Assembly (NCBI GenBank): GCA_035276765.1
Contig: DATELH010000002.1
Coordinates: 235,671-299,670 of the forward strand
DNA length: 64,000 nucleotides
Source: Candidatus Saccharimonadales bacterium
GTDB lineage: Bacteria > Patescibacteriota > Saccharimonadia > Saccharimonadales > UBA4665
Reading direction: 5' to 3'
Shown: piece after piece, positions 37,917-48,093 of the stretch
How positions within the stretch are numbered: position 1 is the stretch's first letter
How the letters are laid out: every line of letters starts with the position of its first letter
Notes under the pieces: model-generated
Database searches by the model: none
The model's input: the letters and a program-made list of their open reading frames with translations, nothing else
What the model was told of the DNA's origin: nothing
Program-made: the position numbers and the translations under genes

Positions 37917-38192
37917 ATGAGTCGTTCACTGAAAAAAGGACCATTTATTGACCCCAAGCTTGCTAAAAAGGTAAGCCAGCTGGGGGCAGAAGACCGCACT
38001 ATCATCAAGACCTGGGCTCGCGCAAGCGTCATTGCGCCTGAGTTCGTTGGCCGCACGTTCGCCGTGCACAACGGCAAAGTCCATGTCCCGGTGTTTGTTA
38101 CGGAAAACATGGTCGGCCACAAATTGGGTGAGTTTTCACCAACCCGTAAATTCCGCAGCCACGGCGGTAAACTAGCGAAAGGTAAGAAGTAA
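37917..38192 (+). CDS. rpsS: 30S ribosomal protein S19
   Basis: [12 protein letters not shown]... and [23 protein letters not shown]. Confidence 0.97.
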   Translation: MSRSLKKGPFIDPKLAKKVSQLGAEDRTIIKTWARASVIAPEFVGRTFAVHNGKVHVPVFVTENMVGHKLGEFSPTRKFRSHGGKLAKGKK

Positions 38193-38569
38193 TGGCAGTT
38201 ACAGCAATCGCAAAAGGCGTTCGCATGAGCCCCCGCAAAGTTGGCGTTGTGGCCGCTTTGGTTCGTGGCCGCACAGTGGCTGATGCGCTCACTATTTTGG
38301 AGCACACGCCCCGCCGTTCAGCACTGCCCGTTAAAAAAGTGATCGAGAGCGCCCGCGCTAACGCCGATCACAACCACAACCTCAAACCAGACACCTTAAC
38401 GATCACCCAGATCACCGTAACCCCCGGTGTTCGCTTGAAGCGCTACCGCCCGGCATCACACGGCCGCGCGTTGCCATTCCAGCGCCGCACGGCACACATT
38501 CGCGTGGTGGTTGACGGCGAAGCCCGCCAAGCCAAGAAGCCAGTCAAGGCCGAGAAGGAGGCAAAATAA
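38192..38569 (+). CDS. rplV: 50S ribosomal protein L22
   Basis: VRMSPRKVGVVAALVRGRTVADAL, in the expected operon position. Confidence 0.95.
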   Translation: MAVTAIAKGVRMSPRKVGVVAALVRGRTVADALTILEHTPRRSALPVKKVIESARANADHNHNLKPDTLTITQITVTPGVRLKRYRPASHGRALPFQRRTAHIRVVVDGEARQAKKPVKAEKEAK

Positions 38570-39198
38570 TGGGCCAAAAAGTTAATCCAATTAGCATGCG
38601 CCTTCAGGTCAACAAGGACTGGCGGAGCAAGTGGTTCGTAGGCAAGCAAGAGTACGCAAAGTACTTGGCCGACGACCTCGAAGTACGCCGTCTGATCCAG
38701 AACAAACTGGGTTCGCGTGCTGCAATTAACAAAGTTGACATCGAGCGCTCACCAAGCCTCGTGACCGTTACCATTTCAACCGCGAAGGCTGGTGTGGTGA
38801 TCGGCCGCGGTGGTGCTGGCGCCCAAGAGCTGAAAGCTGCGATCGAAAAGATCTACGGCACCCAGACCCGCGTTAACATCGAAGAGATTAAAAAGCCAGA
38901 GTTGTACGCAAAATTGGTCGGCGAAAACATTGCCCACCAGCTTGAGCGCCGCATGAACTTCCGCCGCGCGATCAAATCTGCCGGTGCAAGCACCATGCGC
39001 GCTGGCGCCAAAGGTATTCGCATTGAAGTTTCTGGCCGCTTGAACGGTGCCGAAATGTCACGCCGCGAAAAAGAAGTGCAAGGCTCAGTGCCACTACACA
39101 CGCTTCGTGCCGACATCGACTACGCACTCGTTCCAGCCCAGACCACTGCCGGCATTATCGGCGTAAAGGTCTGGATTTATAAAGGGGAGGTAAACTAA
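38569..39198 (+). CDS. rpsC: 30S ribosomal protein S3
   Basis: [12 protein letters not shown]... with a KH domain and [12 protein letters not shown]. Confidence 0.97.
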   Translation: MGQKVNPISMRLQVNKDWRSKWFVGKQEYAKYLADDLEVRRLIQNKLGSRAAINKVDIERSPSLVTVTISTAKAGVVIGRGGAGAQELKAAIEKIYGTQTRVNIEEIKKPELYAKLVGENIAHQLERRMNFRRAIKSAGASTMRAGAKGIRIEVSGRLNGAEMSRREKEVQGSVPLHTLRADIDYALVPAQTTAGIIGVKVWIYKGEVN

Positions 39199-39199
39199 C

Positions 39200-39613
39200 A
39201 TGTTAGTCCCAAACCGAACCAAGTTCCGCAAAGTGCGCAAAGGTAAAATCCGCGGCGTCGCTACCAGCGGTAACTACATCGCCTTTGGTGAATTTGCCCT
39301 CCAGTGCCAAGAGCACGAGCGCATCACCAGTCGCCAAATCGAGTCAGCTCGTCAGGCAATGACCCGCTATATTAAGCGCGGTGGCAAAATCTGGATCCGC
39401 ATTTTTCCGCACACGCCGGTGACTCGTAAGCCACTCGACGTGAAAATGGGTAGCGGCAAAGGCAATCCTGAATTTTTCGTAGCAAAGGTCCGCCCTGGTA
39501 CGATCCTGTTTGAAATGCAAGGTGTAAGCGAAGAGACCGCACGCGAAGCGATGCGCCTCGCCGCCCACAAACTGCCGGTAAAAACTAAATTCTTGGTGAA
39601 GGAGGAGGCGTAA
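39200..39613 (+). CDS. rplP: 50S ribosomal protein L16
   Basis: [15 protein letters not shown]... and [13 protein letters not shown]. Confidence 0.97.
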   Translation: MLVPNRTKFRKVRKGKIRGVATSGNYIAFGEFALQCQEHERITSRQIESARQAMTRYIKRGGKIWIRIFPHTPVTRKPLDVKMGSGKGNPEFFVAKVRPGTILFEMQGVSEETAREAMRLAAHKLPVKTKFLVKEEA

Positions 39614-39614
39614 T

Positions 39615-39815
39615 ATGAAAATCGTCGACATCCGTAAACTCTCAACAGAAGAGCTGACCACCGAGAGCACGAAACTTCGCGCCGAAATTGCAGAACTCCA
39701 GCGTCGCCTGCACCTCGGCGAAGTCCAAAATGTGCGCGTTGTCCGCAACAAGCGCAAGGACCTCGCGCGCATGTTAACCGTGCTGGGTGAACAACTCGCG
39801 AAGGAGACAAACTAA
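39615..39815 (+). CDS. rpmC: 50S ribosomal protein L29
   Basis: 66 aa, helical, with [21 protein letters not shown], in the expected operon position. Confidence 0.92.
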   Translation: MKIVDIRKLSTEELTTESTKLRAEIAELQRRLHLGEVQNVRVVRNKRKDLARMLTVLGEQLAKETN

Positions 39816-40120
39816 TGGCAAAAACACTAACAGGCGTGGTTTCGAGCAACAAGGCTGACAAGACAATCGTTGTCTCTGTACAGACCAGCAAAAACCACCC
39901 GCTGTACCGCAAAAAGTACTACGTGACCAAAAAATTCATGGCTCACGATGAAAAGAACGAAGCCGAGGTTGGCGACAAAGTCGTCATTACCGAAACGCGT
40001 CCTTTGAGCGCCCACAAGCACCACAAGCTGGAACGCATCGTGGAAAAAGCCGCCATCGAACACGTTGAAAGCGAAACTCCGGCTATCGCCGCAGAAGCCG
40101 ACGAAAAGGAGCAAGCATAA
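39815..40120 (+). CDS. rpsQ: 30S ribosomal protein S17
   Basis: [20 protein letters not shown]...[12 protein letters not shown]. About 20 aa of acidic C-terminal tail. Confidence 0.94.
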   Translation: MAKTLTGVVSSNKADKTIVVSVQTSKNHPLYRKKYYVTKKFMAHDEKNEAEVGDKVVITETRPLSAHKHHKLERIVEKAAIEHVESETPAIAAEADEKEQA

Positions 40121-40488
40121 TGATTCAACAAGAAAGCCGGTTGGTTGTCTGTGACAACAGCGGTGCAAAAGAAATTTTGTGCATCCGCGTGCTGGGTGGT
40201 ACCCGCCGCCGATACGCCCGCGTCGGCGATATTATCGTCGCAACCGTTAAAGACGCAAATCCACAAGGCACTGTCAAAAAGAAGTCTGTTATTAAGGCAG
40301 TCGTCGTGCGCACCACCGAAAAAATCCGCCGCAAAGACGGCTCAACCATCAAGTTTGATGACAACGCAGCCGTCGTTATCGGCGACGACAAACAACCGCG
40401 TGCCACCCGTATTTTCGGGCCCGTGCCACGCGAACTGCGCGACCAAGGCTACAGCAAAATTGTCAGCCTCGCGCCGGAGGTACTCTAA
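40120..40488 (+). CDS. rplN: 50S ribosomal protein L14
   Basis: [18 protein letters not shown]... and [11 protein letters not shown]. Confidence 0.97.
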   Translation: MIQQESRLVVCDNSGAKEILCIRVLGGTRRRYARVGDIIVATVKDANPQGTVKKKSVIKAVVVRTTEKIRRKDGSTIKFDDNAAVVIGDDKQPRATRIFGPVPRELRDQGYSKIVSLAPEVL

Positions 40489-40817
40489 TGGAAAAAGTAT
40501 TTAAAATCCGTCTGAAAAAGGGCGACACCGTGATGGTTCGTTCGGGCAAGTACAAAGGCAAAACCGGCAAAGTCCTGGCCACACACCCGCGCGAAAACAA
40601 GGTAACGGTTGAAGGCATTAACATTGTTAAAAAACACGTCAAGCCAAACCGCACCAACCCACAGGGCGGTATTATTGAGCTCACCAAGCCAATAGACGTT
40701 TCAAAAGTTGGTATCTACGACACGGCCGCCAAAAAGCCGTCACGCATCGGCTACACAATTGCTAAGGACGGCTCAAAAACACGTGTTATGAAAACCACTG
40801 GAAAGGAGATTAAGTAA
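40488..40817 (+). CDS. rplX: 50S ribosomal protein L24
   Basis: KKGDTVMVRSGKYKGKTGKV (KOW motif), in the expected operon position. Confidence 0.95.
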   Translation: MEKVFKIRLKKGDTVMVRSGKYKGKTGKVLATHPRENKVTVEGINIVKKHVKPNRTNPQGGIIELTKPIDVSKVGIYDTAAKKPSRIGYTIAKDGSKTRVMKTTGKEIK

Positions 40818-41407
40818 TGGCTGAAAAAACTGCAACCAAAGCTGCAAAAGCTGTCACTACTGTACGTCTCCGCGAGCAGTACAACACGAAATTCGCCGCT
40901 GAACTCAAGAAAGAACTCGAGCTAGCAAATGCACACCAGGTTCCAAAGCTTGAAAAGATCGTCGTGAACGTTGGCCTTGGCCGCGCCAAAGACGACAAAA
41001 AGGTAATCGAAGCTGCAACCAACACGCTGCGTAAAATCACCGGTCAAGAACCAGTGCAGACCATCGCCAAAAAGTCGATCGCCGGCTTTAAGCTACGCGA
41101 AGGCAACATGATTGGCCTGAAAGTCACCCTTCGCGGCGACAAAATGTATGAGTTTATGGACCGCTTGATTACGATAGTGCTGCCACGTCTCCGCGACTTC
41201 CACGGCGTAGGTAACAAGGCTTTCGACAAATCCGGCAATTTCAGCCTTGGCCTTACCGACCAGTCCGTCTTCCCAGAGCTCACATTCGACGAAACTACCA
41301 CAGCGCACGGCTTGCAGGCGGTATTCGTTATCAACTGCCAAGAAGCCGCACACGCCAAGGCATTGCTGCAGAAATTCGGCATGCCATTTGAAAAGGAGAA
41401 CAAGTAA
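40817..41407 (+). CDS. rplE: 50S ribosomal protein L5
   Basis: 196 aa with [26 protein letters not shown] and LPRLRDFHG. Confidence 0.96.
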   Translation: MAEKTATKAAKAVTTVRLREQYNTKFAAELKKELELANAHQVPKLEKIVVNVGLGRAKDDKKVIEAATNTLRKITGQEPVQTIAKKSIAGFKLREGNMIGLKVTLRGDKMYEFMDRLITIVLPRLRDFHGVGNKAFDKSGNFSLGLTDQSVFPELTFDETTTAHGLQAVFVINCQEAAHAKALLQKFGMPFEKENK

Positions 41408-41676
41408 TGGCTAGGAAATCAAACGTAGCCCGCGACTTGAAGCGCCAAAAGATGATCCAGCGTTACGCCGCCAAGCGCGCCGAGCTGAAAGCTTTGGGCG
41501 ACCAAGAGGGCTTGGCAAAACTGCCACGCAATTCGTCACCGACTCGCTGGAAAAATCGCTGTGGCGAAACCGGCCGTCCGCATGCATACATGCGCACGTT
41601 CGGCCTGAGCCGCATTGCATTCCGCGAACACGCAAGCAAGGGCGAAATCCCTGGTGTAACGAAGTCGAGCTGGTAG
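41407..41676 (+). CDS. rpsN: 30S ribosomal protein S14 (89-aa form, no CxxC zinc motif seen)
   Basis: [20 protein letters not shown]...[24 protein letters not shown]... Confidence 0.94.
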   Translation: MARKSNVARDLKRQKMIQRYAAKRAELKALGDQEGLAKLPRNSSPTRWKNRCGETGRPHAYMRTFGLSRIAFREHASKGEIPGVTKSSW

Positions 41677-41690
41677 GAAGGAGATAGAAT

Positions 41691-42086
41691 ATGGTTTCAA
41701 CTGACCCCATCGCTGACATGCTCACTCGGATCCGTAACGCTATTGCGGTGCGCAAGAACGAGATCACATTGCCGCACTCAAAAGTAAAGCAATCCGTTGC
41801 CGAACTTTTGAAGGAAAACGGTTTTATCGCCGACCTCAAGGTTGCCGACGCCACCGTTGGCAAGAGTCTGAAAATTGTTATCAACGAAACAGACCAAAAC
41901 GCTGTCATCACCGAGATCGCCCGGTTGAGCAAGCCCGGTCGTCGCGTATATTACGCGTCGCGGGACATCCCAACCGTCAAGCGCGGCCGCGGCATCGTCA
42001 TTGTCTCGACCTCAAAAGGTCTGATGACTGGCGACAAGGCCAAAAAACTTGGCGTCGGCGGCGAGCTGATCTGTAAGGTATATTAA
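41691..42086 (+). CDS. rpsH: 30S ribosomal protein S8
   Basis: DPIADMLTRIRNA... and GGELICKVY. Confidence 0.96.
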   Translation: MVSTDPIADMLTRIRNAIAVRKNEITLPHSKVKQSVAELLKENGFIADLKVADATVGKSLKIVINETDQNAVITEIARLSKPGRRVYYASRDIPTVKRGRGIVIVSTSKGLMTGDKAKKLGVGGELICKVY

Positions 42087-42104
42087 TCAAGTAAAGGAAA
42101 ATCG

Positions 42105-42644
42105 ATGAGTCGAGTAGGAAAACTACCCATTCAAATCCCGAGCGGTGTGACAATCACTGTCGACCCCGATTTCGTAACTGTTGCCGGCCCAAAAGGCACG
42201 CTCAAACAGTTTACGATGCCGGGTGTTAACGTTGCCGTTGAAGGCGACCAAGTGGTCGTAACCCGTGCAAACGACGAGCAAACCGTTCGCGCTAAGCACG
42301 GCCTGATGCGCGCACTCGTAAACAACATGGTCAACGGCGTTGCCACTGGCTTCAGTAAAAAACTTGAAATTAACGGCGTTGGTTTCCGTGTTGCAATGCA
42401 AGGCGCCGACCTCAAGTTCAACCTTGGTTTTTCACACGATGTCATTTACAAACTGCCAACTGGCGTCACTGCTACTATCGAGCAGAACACGGTTACTATT
42501 ACCGGCATCGATAAGCAGCAGGTCGGCCAAGTTGCCGCCGAAATCCGCGCCCTCAAGAAGCCTGAACCTTACAAGGGCAAAGGTATCAAGTACGCTGATG
42601 AACGCATTATCCGCAAGAGCGGTAAGTCAGGTAAGGACAAGTAG
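42105..42644 (+). CDS. rplF: 50S ribosomal protein L6
   Basis: MSRVGKLPIQIPSGV... and PEPYKGKGIKY. Confidence 0.96.
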   Translation: MSRVGKLPIQIPSGVTITVDPDFVTVAGPKGTLKQFTMPGVNVAVEGDQVVVTRANDEQTVRAKHGLMRALVNNMVNGVATGFSKKLEINGVGFRVAMQGADLKFNLGFSHDVIYKLPTGVTATIEQNTVTITGIDKQQVGQVAAEIRALKKPEPYKGKGIKYADERIIRKSGKSGKDK

Positions 42645-42646
42645 TT

Positions 42647-43003
42647 ATGAATAAACTTGCACACAAATTACACAACCTTGCGCTTCGCAAGAACCGGGTA
42701 CGCTCGACGATTTTCGGCACGGCAACGCGCCCGCGCTTGAGCGTACACATTAGCAACCGCCACATTACAGCCCAGCTGATTGATGATGACGCCCACAAGA
42801 CACTGGTTTACATCTCGACTGTTGGCAAAAAAGCTGCCGCTGGCACTTTGACTGAACGCGCCACTTGGGTTGGCGCCGAAGTCGCCAAGAAGGCCAAGAC
42901 TGCCAAGATTACCGCCGTCGTTTTTGATCGGAATGGCCGTATTTATCATGGCCGGGTAAAGGCTTTGGCCGACGCAGCACGTAACGCAGGATTGGAGTTT
43001 TAA
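42647..43003 (+). CDS. rplR: 50S ribosomal protein L18
   Basis: RPRLSVHISNRHITAQLIDD... and FDRNGRIYHGRVKALADAAR. Confidence 0.95.
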   Translation: MNKLAHKLHNLALRKNRVRSTIFGTATRPRLSVHISNRHITAQLIDDDAHKTLVYISTVGKKAAAGTLTERATWVGAEVAKKAKTAKITAVVFDRNGRIYHGRVKALADAARNAGLEF

Positions 43004-43005
43004 TC

Positions 43006-43671
43006 ATGGCTGAAAACAACGTTACAGCACCTGCTGCAGCCGCAGAAGCAAAGGCTATGCAGCAACATCAACAAGGCCAAGGTGGCCGCGGCGCTCGTGG
43101 CAACGGCGGACGCCCTGGTGGCAATGGCCGGCGTGACCGCCGCCCAGAAATCGCACCCGAAGAAAAGCAATTCGATGAACGCGTCGTACACATCGACCGC
43201 GTTGCCCGCGTGGTCAAAGGCGGCCGTCGCTTTCGCTTTCGTGCATTGGTCGTGGTGGGCGACCGCAAAAACCGTGTCGGCATTGGTATCTCAAAGGGTG
43301 CCGACGTGACCGCCGCCGTCACCAAAGCTACTGAGTCCGCCAAAAAGCACCTCGTAACCGTCAACCTGTACAAAGGTACTTTGCCACACGAAGCAGAGGC
43401 AAAGGTGAGTGGTGCACGCATCTTGCTGAAACCAGCAAGTGCCGGTACTGGTTTGATCGCCGGCGGTGTGGTCCGAACAATTTTGGAAGTTGCCGGCGTT
43501 CGTAATGCTCTCAGCAAGTCGCTCGGTTCAACCAACAAAGCCAACACCGCATATGCCACTATCGCCGCTTTGCAGTCGATCGAGCCGGCTAAAAACTGGG
43601 TCACAGCTGCGCAAGCGAAAGTCAAAAAAGCTCCTGCAAAAACTAAGGCTACTGCCGAAGACAAGGAGTAA
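43006..43671 (+). CDS. rpsE: 30S ribosomal protein S5 (with ~55-aa Gly/Arg-rich N-terminal extension)
   Basis: S5 core is RVARVVKGGRRFRFRALVVVGD...GTGLIAGG. The N-terminus is GQGGRGARGNGGRPGGNGRRDRR. Confidence 0.95.
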   Translation: MAENNVTAPAAAAEAKAMQQHQQGQGGRGARGNGGRPGGNGRRDRRPEIAPEEKQFDERVVHIDRVARVVKGGRRFRFRALVVVGDRKNRVGIGISKGADVTAAVTKATESAKKHLVTVNLYKGTLPHEAEAKVSGARILLKPASAGTGLIAGGVVRTILEVAGVRNALSKSLGSTNKANTAYATIAALQSIEPAKNWVTAAQAKVKKAPAKTKATAEDKE

Positions 43672-43676
43672 TCGCC

Positions 43677-44174
43677 ATGAAATACAACGAACTACAAGTA
43701 TCGAAAAACAAAAGTGCGAAGCGTGTTGGCCGTGGCATTGCTGCCGGGCAAGGTAAAACTGCCGGCCGAGGCACCAAAGGCCAGATGTCACGCACCGGTT
43801 CAAGCAAGCGCCCCGGCTTTGAAGGTGGTCAAAACCCCCTTATGCAGCGCTTGCCAAAACTGCCTGGCTTCCGCTCGTTCAAGCCAGTCGTCGAAACCGT
43901 ATACACCGGTGAACTCGACCAGTTCAGCGGCAAGACGGTCGATACTGCAGCGCTTGCAGAAAAGCATCTGATTTCAAGCCCTTACGTCCGCGTAAAGTTA
44001 CTCGTAAAGGGTGACGTTACTAAAAAAGTAACAGTAAAACTGCAAGCTGCAAGTAGCGCTGCGGTTGCAGCTGTTGAAAAAGCCGGTGGCAGCTTCGAAA
44101 AAGTTGCACAGACTGGCCGCACAACAACCAAGACCGAGAAAGTCTCGCGCGCAGCCAAAAAGCAAAAGGCCTAA
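43677..44174 (+). CDS. rplO: 50S ribosomal protein L15
   Basis: KRVGRGIAAGQGKTAGRGTKGQ. It directly follows rpsE with no rpmD (L30) ORF between them. Confidence 0.95.
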   Translation: MKYNELQVSKNKSAKRVGRGIAAGQGKTAGRGTKGQMSRTGSSKRPGFEGGQNPLMQRLPKLPGFRSFKPVVETVYTGELDQFSGKTVDTAALAEKHLISSPYVRVKLLVKGDVTKKVTVKLQAASSAAVAAVEKAGGSFEKVAQTGRTTTKTEKVSRAAKKQKA

Positions 44175-44195
44175 AAGCCATAGCTTTCTAAAACA

Positions 44196-44226
44196 AAACC
44201 GCCTTCCGAACGAGGCGGTTTATTTT
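44196..44226 (+). terminator. Intrinsic terminator after rplO
   Basis: Stem AAACCGCCT / AGGCGGTTT followed by ATTTTT. Confidence 0.75.
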
Positions 44227-44326
44227 TAATCCTGCTAGTCGATGTAAATTTATGCTTTAATACTTACAAACGTCCAGCTTTTATGTATACTAAAGGAAAC
44301 ACATCTGAATGAGGTAAAATAACTGC

Positions 44327-45826
44327 ATGAACTGGAGAATTATTGCTAAGTCCTTGGGCCATAAGGATATGCGCAAACGCATTTTTGCGGTGCTCGGTAT
44401 CCTGCTTGTATTCCGTATTTTAGCGCACATTCCGGTGCCGCTCGGCGACCCTAAAACGCTCCAGCAAGTGCTGCAAAACTTATTTACCTCAAGTCAAAGC
44501 AACGGCTCCGACTTACTAAGTTTTATCAACGTACTATCTGGCGGCGCTCTAGCTAACTTTTCAATTATGATTGCCGGCCTGGGACCGTACATTAACGCGT
44601 CGATTATCATGCAGCTGCTCACCAAAGCGGTGCCAAAACTTGAGGCGCTCCACAAAGAAGGCGAGTACGGCCAGAAGAAAATCAACCAGTACACGCGCCT
44701 TATTACGTTCCCGCTGGCGATTGTGCAATCCGTTGGCGCCATTTATTTGATTAGCAAAACGGCGAGCAGCATCGGTGGCGTTGGCGACATAACCGCGCAC
44801 GCCACGCTTATGCAGTGGGTGCTCATGGTGGCAGCACTGACTGGTGGTTCGATGCTCCTTATGTGGCTCGGTGAACTCGTAACCGAACAGAGTATTGGAA
44901 ACGGTATTTCACTTTTGATTACGGTGGGTATTGTGAGCAGCTTGCCGAGCACCGTAACGAGCTTGGTACACACTATGACCTCAAGTGCCGATAAATGGGT
45001 ACTCTGGGGGCATAAACTGCCGGTGAGCAAGTCTGGAGCGCTGTTTGGACTTATCATGCTGGTGGCGGTGGTTGTAGTGACGTGGCTTGTGGTGATGCTC
45101 AACGAAGCGGCGCGGCGCGTAACCGTCAATTACGCCAAACGTGTGCAGGGCAACCGCACCTACGGCGGCGTTACCACAGTGTTGCCGATCAAATTGATTA
45201 CCGCTGGCGTCGTGCCGATCATCTTTGCGGTGGCTTTTCTGAGCGTACCAAGCTTTGCCGGCCAATTGCTGGCCAACGGCCACAGCACGCATTGGCAACA
45301 TTTTGGCAGTAATCTGGTAACGTGGTTCCAAACGCCATCGGCCTCAACCTTCGCAGCTGGCGGCTTCACGCCATATATTTATCCGCTCACGTACTTTTTC
45401 TTGGTGTTTATTTTTACTTTCTTCTACACAAGCGTGACATTCAACAGTAAAGAGATTGCCGAGAACCTGCAAAAGCAAGGTGGCTTTATCGAAGGTGTGC
45501 GCTCCGGTCTGCAAACCGAAAAACACCTCGGCAAAACAGTGAGCCGCCTTACACTGTTTGGCGCGTTCAGTTTGGGTGTTCTGGCGCTGCTGCCAATCAT
45601 TGCGCAGATTTTCTTAAAGACGAACATTGCCCTGGGCGGCACTAGCGTTTTGATCTTGGTCTCCGTATCGCTCGAGACGCTGCGCGCCACAGAGTCGCGC
45701 GCTCTCATGGTCACTTACGACCAATACTCACAGCCCGATTTCTTTGAAGACATGAGCGAAGAGGATATCGAAAGTCCCAAGAAACGGCGATTCAGTCTCA
45801 TTCCGTTCCGTCGGCGCAAGCGTTAA
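44327..45826 (+). CDS. secY: Preprotein translocase subunit SecY (with ~50-aa charged C-terminal extension)
   Basis: 499 aa and multi-TM, with GPYINASIIMQLL and GISLLITVGI. Confidence 0.95.
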   Translation: MNWRIIAKSLGHKDMRKRIFAVLGILLVFRILAHIPVPLGDPKTLQQVLQNLFTSSQSNGSDLLSFINVLSGGALANFSIMIAGLGPYINASIIMQLLTKAVPKLEALHKEGEYGQKKINQYTRLITFPLAIVQSVGAIYLISKTASSIGGVGDITAHATLMQWVLMVAALTGGSMLLMWLGELVTEQSIGNGISLLITVGIVSSLPSTVTSLVHTMTSSADKWVLWGHKLPVSKSGALFGLIMLVAVVVVTWLVVMLNEAARRVTVNYAKRVQGNRTYGGVTTVLPIKLITAGVVPIIFAVAFLSVPSFAGQLLANGHSTHWQHFGSNLVTWFQTPSASTFAAGGFTPYIYPLTYFFLVFIFTFFYTSVTFNSKEIAENLQKQGGFIEGVRSGLQTEKHLGKTVSRLTLFGAFSLGVLALLPIIAQIFLKTNIALGGTSVLILVSVSLETLRATESRALMVTYDQYSQPDFFEDMSEEDIESPKKRRFSLIPFRRRKR

Positions 45827-45972
45827 GCATGGCCGCATTCGAGCTAGCGCAGATCCTCGGCCTTTTGGGCCAAGAAAATCATGCACGAGGGCATAGCCTT
45901 TCGTAGTTCGTAAAATTGTTCGCGTACTTCTTTGGTACGTACGCCGGTAACCACGATCATGAACGCCATGAA

Positions 45973-46239
45973 ATGTTCGCAACATTGGACGAACTTGTAC
46001 TCGCCACTCGTGATGAGATGGGTCGTATTATTGAAATTCCTATGGGTCCCGACGAAGACGGTATCGTGCATGGATTCCACGTAACCGACTTTGCTCCGCA
46101 CGCAGTAATTAATCGTTCCGATGACGCCGGAGTTCTGTATGAAGCACAGAACTGGACCTCTTCAAACTATCACAACTTTGAAGGCACCGACCAAACGCTC
46201 ATTCTGCCAAATCTCGCTGTCCCTGAAAAAGTGTTGTAA
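45973..46239 (+). CDS. Hypothetical protein (orphan) in the position where adk/map usually lie
   Basis: The track ORF runs 45916..46239 with a TTG start, and the first in-frame ATG is at 45973. Competing minus-strand ORFs overlap it, so the coding call is tentative. Confidence 0.3.
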   Translation: MFATLDELVLATRDEMGRIIEIPMGPDEDGIVHGFHVTDFAPHAVINRSDDAGVLYEAQNWTSSNYHNFEGTDQTLILPNLAVPEKVL

Positions 46240-46278
46240 TCCCCACCGAAGGCTGCTATAATCTATCCAGTTATATTT

Positions 46279-46500
46279 ATGGCTAATAATAAGCAAGTTA
46301 TCGAGTTGACCGGGACAATTATCGAGACCCTCCCAGGGACTCAGTTCAAAGTCGAACTTGAGAACGGCCATCAAATAATAGCTCACGTTGCCGGTAAAAT
46401 GCGGAAACACTACATCCGGATTGTGCCAGGTGACAGCGTGACGGTCGAGTTGACACCCTACGATCTTACGAAGGGCAGAATCACCTATCGCAAATCATAA
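46279..46500 (+). CDS. infA: Translation initiation factor IF-1
   Basis: 73 aa with [44 protein letters not shown]. An extended -10 TGCTATAAT lies at 46254..46262. Confidence 0.96.
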   Translation: MANNKQVIELTGTIIETLPGTQFKVELENGHQIIAHVAGKMRKHYIRIVPGDSVTVELTPYDLTKGRITYRKS

Positions 46501-46545
46501 TATTAAGCAGTGTGTCGTGCACTAACGAAAGGGAGTACGATCCGT

Positions 46546-46659
46546 ATGAAAGTACGTGCGAGCGTTAAGCCAATGTGCGCTATGTGCCAATCGGTTGTCC
46601 GAGGTGGCAAGCGTTACATTATTTGCGAAAAACCAAAACATAAGCAGAGGCAGGGTTAG
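46546..46659 (+). CDS. rpmJ: 50S ribosomal protein L36
   Basis: Not in the ORF track because it is under 60 aa. Hand translation gives [37 protein letters not shown]. The SD AAGGGAG lies upstream. Confidence 0.92.
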   Translation: MKVRASVKPMCAMCQSVVRGGKRYIICEKPKHKQRQG

Positions 46660-46661
46660 TC

Positions 46662-47048
46662 ATGGCTCGAATTTCAGGTGTTACCATTCCGAGCGAAAAG
46701 CAAGTCCATGTGGCTTTAACCTACGTGTATGGCATTGGGCTAAAGTTCAGCAAAGATATCCTGGCTGCCGCCAAGGTTGAGCAAACTGTGCGCGTCAAAG
46801 ATCTGACCGACGCCGAGATCGGCCGCATCCAAGAGGTCATCAACGGCAGCTACACCGTAGAAGGTGAACTGCAGCGCATCGTTGCCGGCAACATCAAGCG
46901 CCTTAAAGACATCAACGCATACCGTGGCATGCGCCACAAACAAAACCTTCCGAGCCGCGGCCAGCGCACCAAAACCAACGCCCGAACCCGCCGTGGCAAG
47001 AAGCTGACCGTGGGCGGTACTGCTAAAAAGGTAGCGTCGAAGACGTAG
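46662..47048 (+). CDS. rpsM: 30S ribosomal protein S13
   Basis: MARISGVTIPSEKQVHVALTYVYGIG... and RGQRTKTNARTRRG. Confidence 0.97.
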   Translation: MARISGVTIPSEKQVHVALTYVYGIGLKFSKDILAAAKVEQTVRVKDLTDAEIGRIQEVINGSYTVEGELQRIVAGNIKRLKDINAYRGMRHKQNLPSRGQRTKTNARTRRGKKLTVGGTAKKVASKT

Positions 47049-47063
47049 GATGAGGATATAGAT

Positions 47064-47456
47064 ATGGCAGATACAACTACACCCAAGAAGAAAAAAGCAA
47101 AGCGTACCGTGGCCGCAGGCCAAGTGCACGTGCTTGCAACTTTCAACAATACTATTGTTACCTTTACCGACGCTAACGGCGGCGCTTTGACCGCTGCCAG
47201 CGCAGGCGGTTGCGGTTTCCGCGGTTCCAAAAAGGGCACCGCATACGCAGCACAAGTTGCCGCCGAAAAAGCCGGCCAGGCCGCAAAGCAACTGCACGGC
47301 TTCAGCAAAGCTGACGTATATGTAAAAGGCGTTGGCCTCGGCCGCGACGCCGCCATTCGCGCGCTGAGCGGTCTGGACATCCAGGTAGAAAAAATTGTTG
47401 ACGTGACAGGCGTGCCACACGGTGGCGTCCGTTCTAAGAAAGCACGTAGGATTTAA
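47064..47456 (+). CDS. rpsK: 30S ribosomal protein S11
   Basis: GQVHVLATFNNTIVTFTD... and VTGVPHGGVRSKKARR. Confidence 0.97.
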   Translation: MADTTTPKKKKAKRTVAAGQVHVLATFNNTIVTFTDANGGALTAASAGGCGFRGSKKGTAYAAQVAAEKAGQAAKQLHGFSKADVYVKGVGLGRDAAIRALSGLDIQVEKIVDVTGVPHGGVRSKKARRI

Positions 47457-47458
47457 TC

Positions 47459-48076
47459 ATGGCACGAGATACACACTCCATCGTCAAAATGAGCCGTCGC
47501 GAGGGCTACGCCCTTCACCCGAAAGCTCACAAAGCACTTGCAAAGCGCACCACCATGCCTGGCCAAGCTGCCAACGCCCGGATGCGCAACAAGCCAAGCC
47601 AGTACTCGCTCCAACTCCGCGAAAAGCAGAAAGTTAAGCGCTTGTACGGTTTGCTTGAAAAACAATTCAGCAACCTCATGAAAGAAGCCGGGCGCAAGCA
47701 AGGCCAAGCTGGTGAAGTGCTCCTGCAATTACTTGAGCAACGAGCCGACAACGCCGTATACCGCGCCGGGTTCGCCTCGAGCCGTCGGGCTGCCCGCCAG
47801 CTCGTAACCCACGGCCACTTTTTGTTGAACGACCGCCGCGTTGACGTGCCGTCGATCCGCCTCAAGGCTGGCGACGTATTAACCGTCCGCGAGCACAGCA
47901 AACACACCGAATACTTCAAGAAAATTGACGACATCAGCCCCGCACCCTCAACGACCCCCGGTTGGATGAAAGTTAATCGTAAGAAAATTGAACTGCAAGT
48001 TGTAGGCGCGCCAGCTCGTGATGACGCTGAGCCCGAAATCAACGAGCAATTAATTGTGGAATACTACTCACGCTAA
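47459..48076 (+). CDS. rpsD: 30S ribosomal protein S4
   Basis: 205 aa with [17 protein letters not shown] and an S4 domain [26 protein letters not shown]. Confidence 0.96.
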   Translation: [205 protein letters not shown]

Positions 48077-48093
48077 GGGAGGATGAGCTAGAT

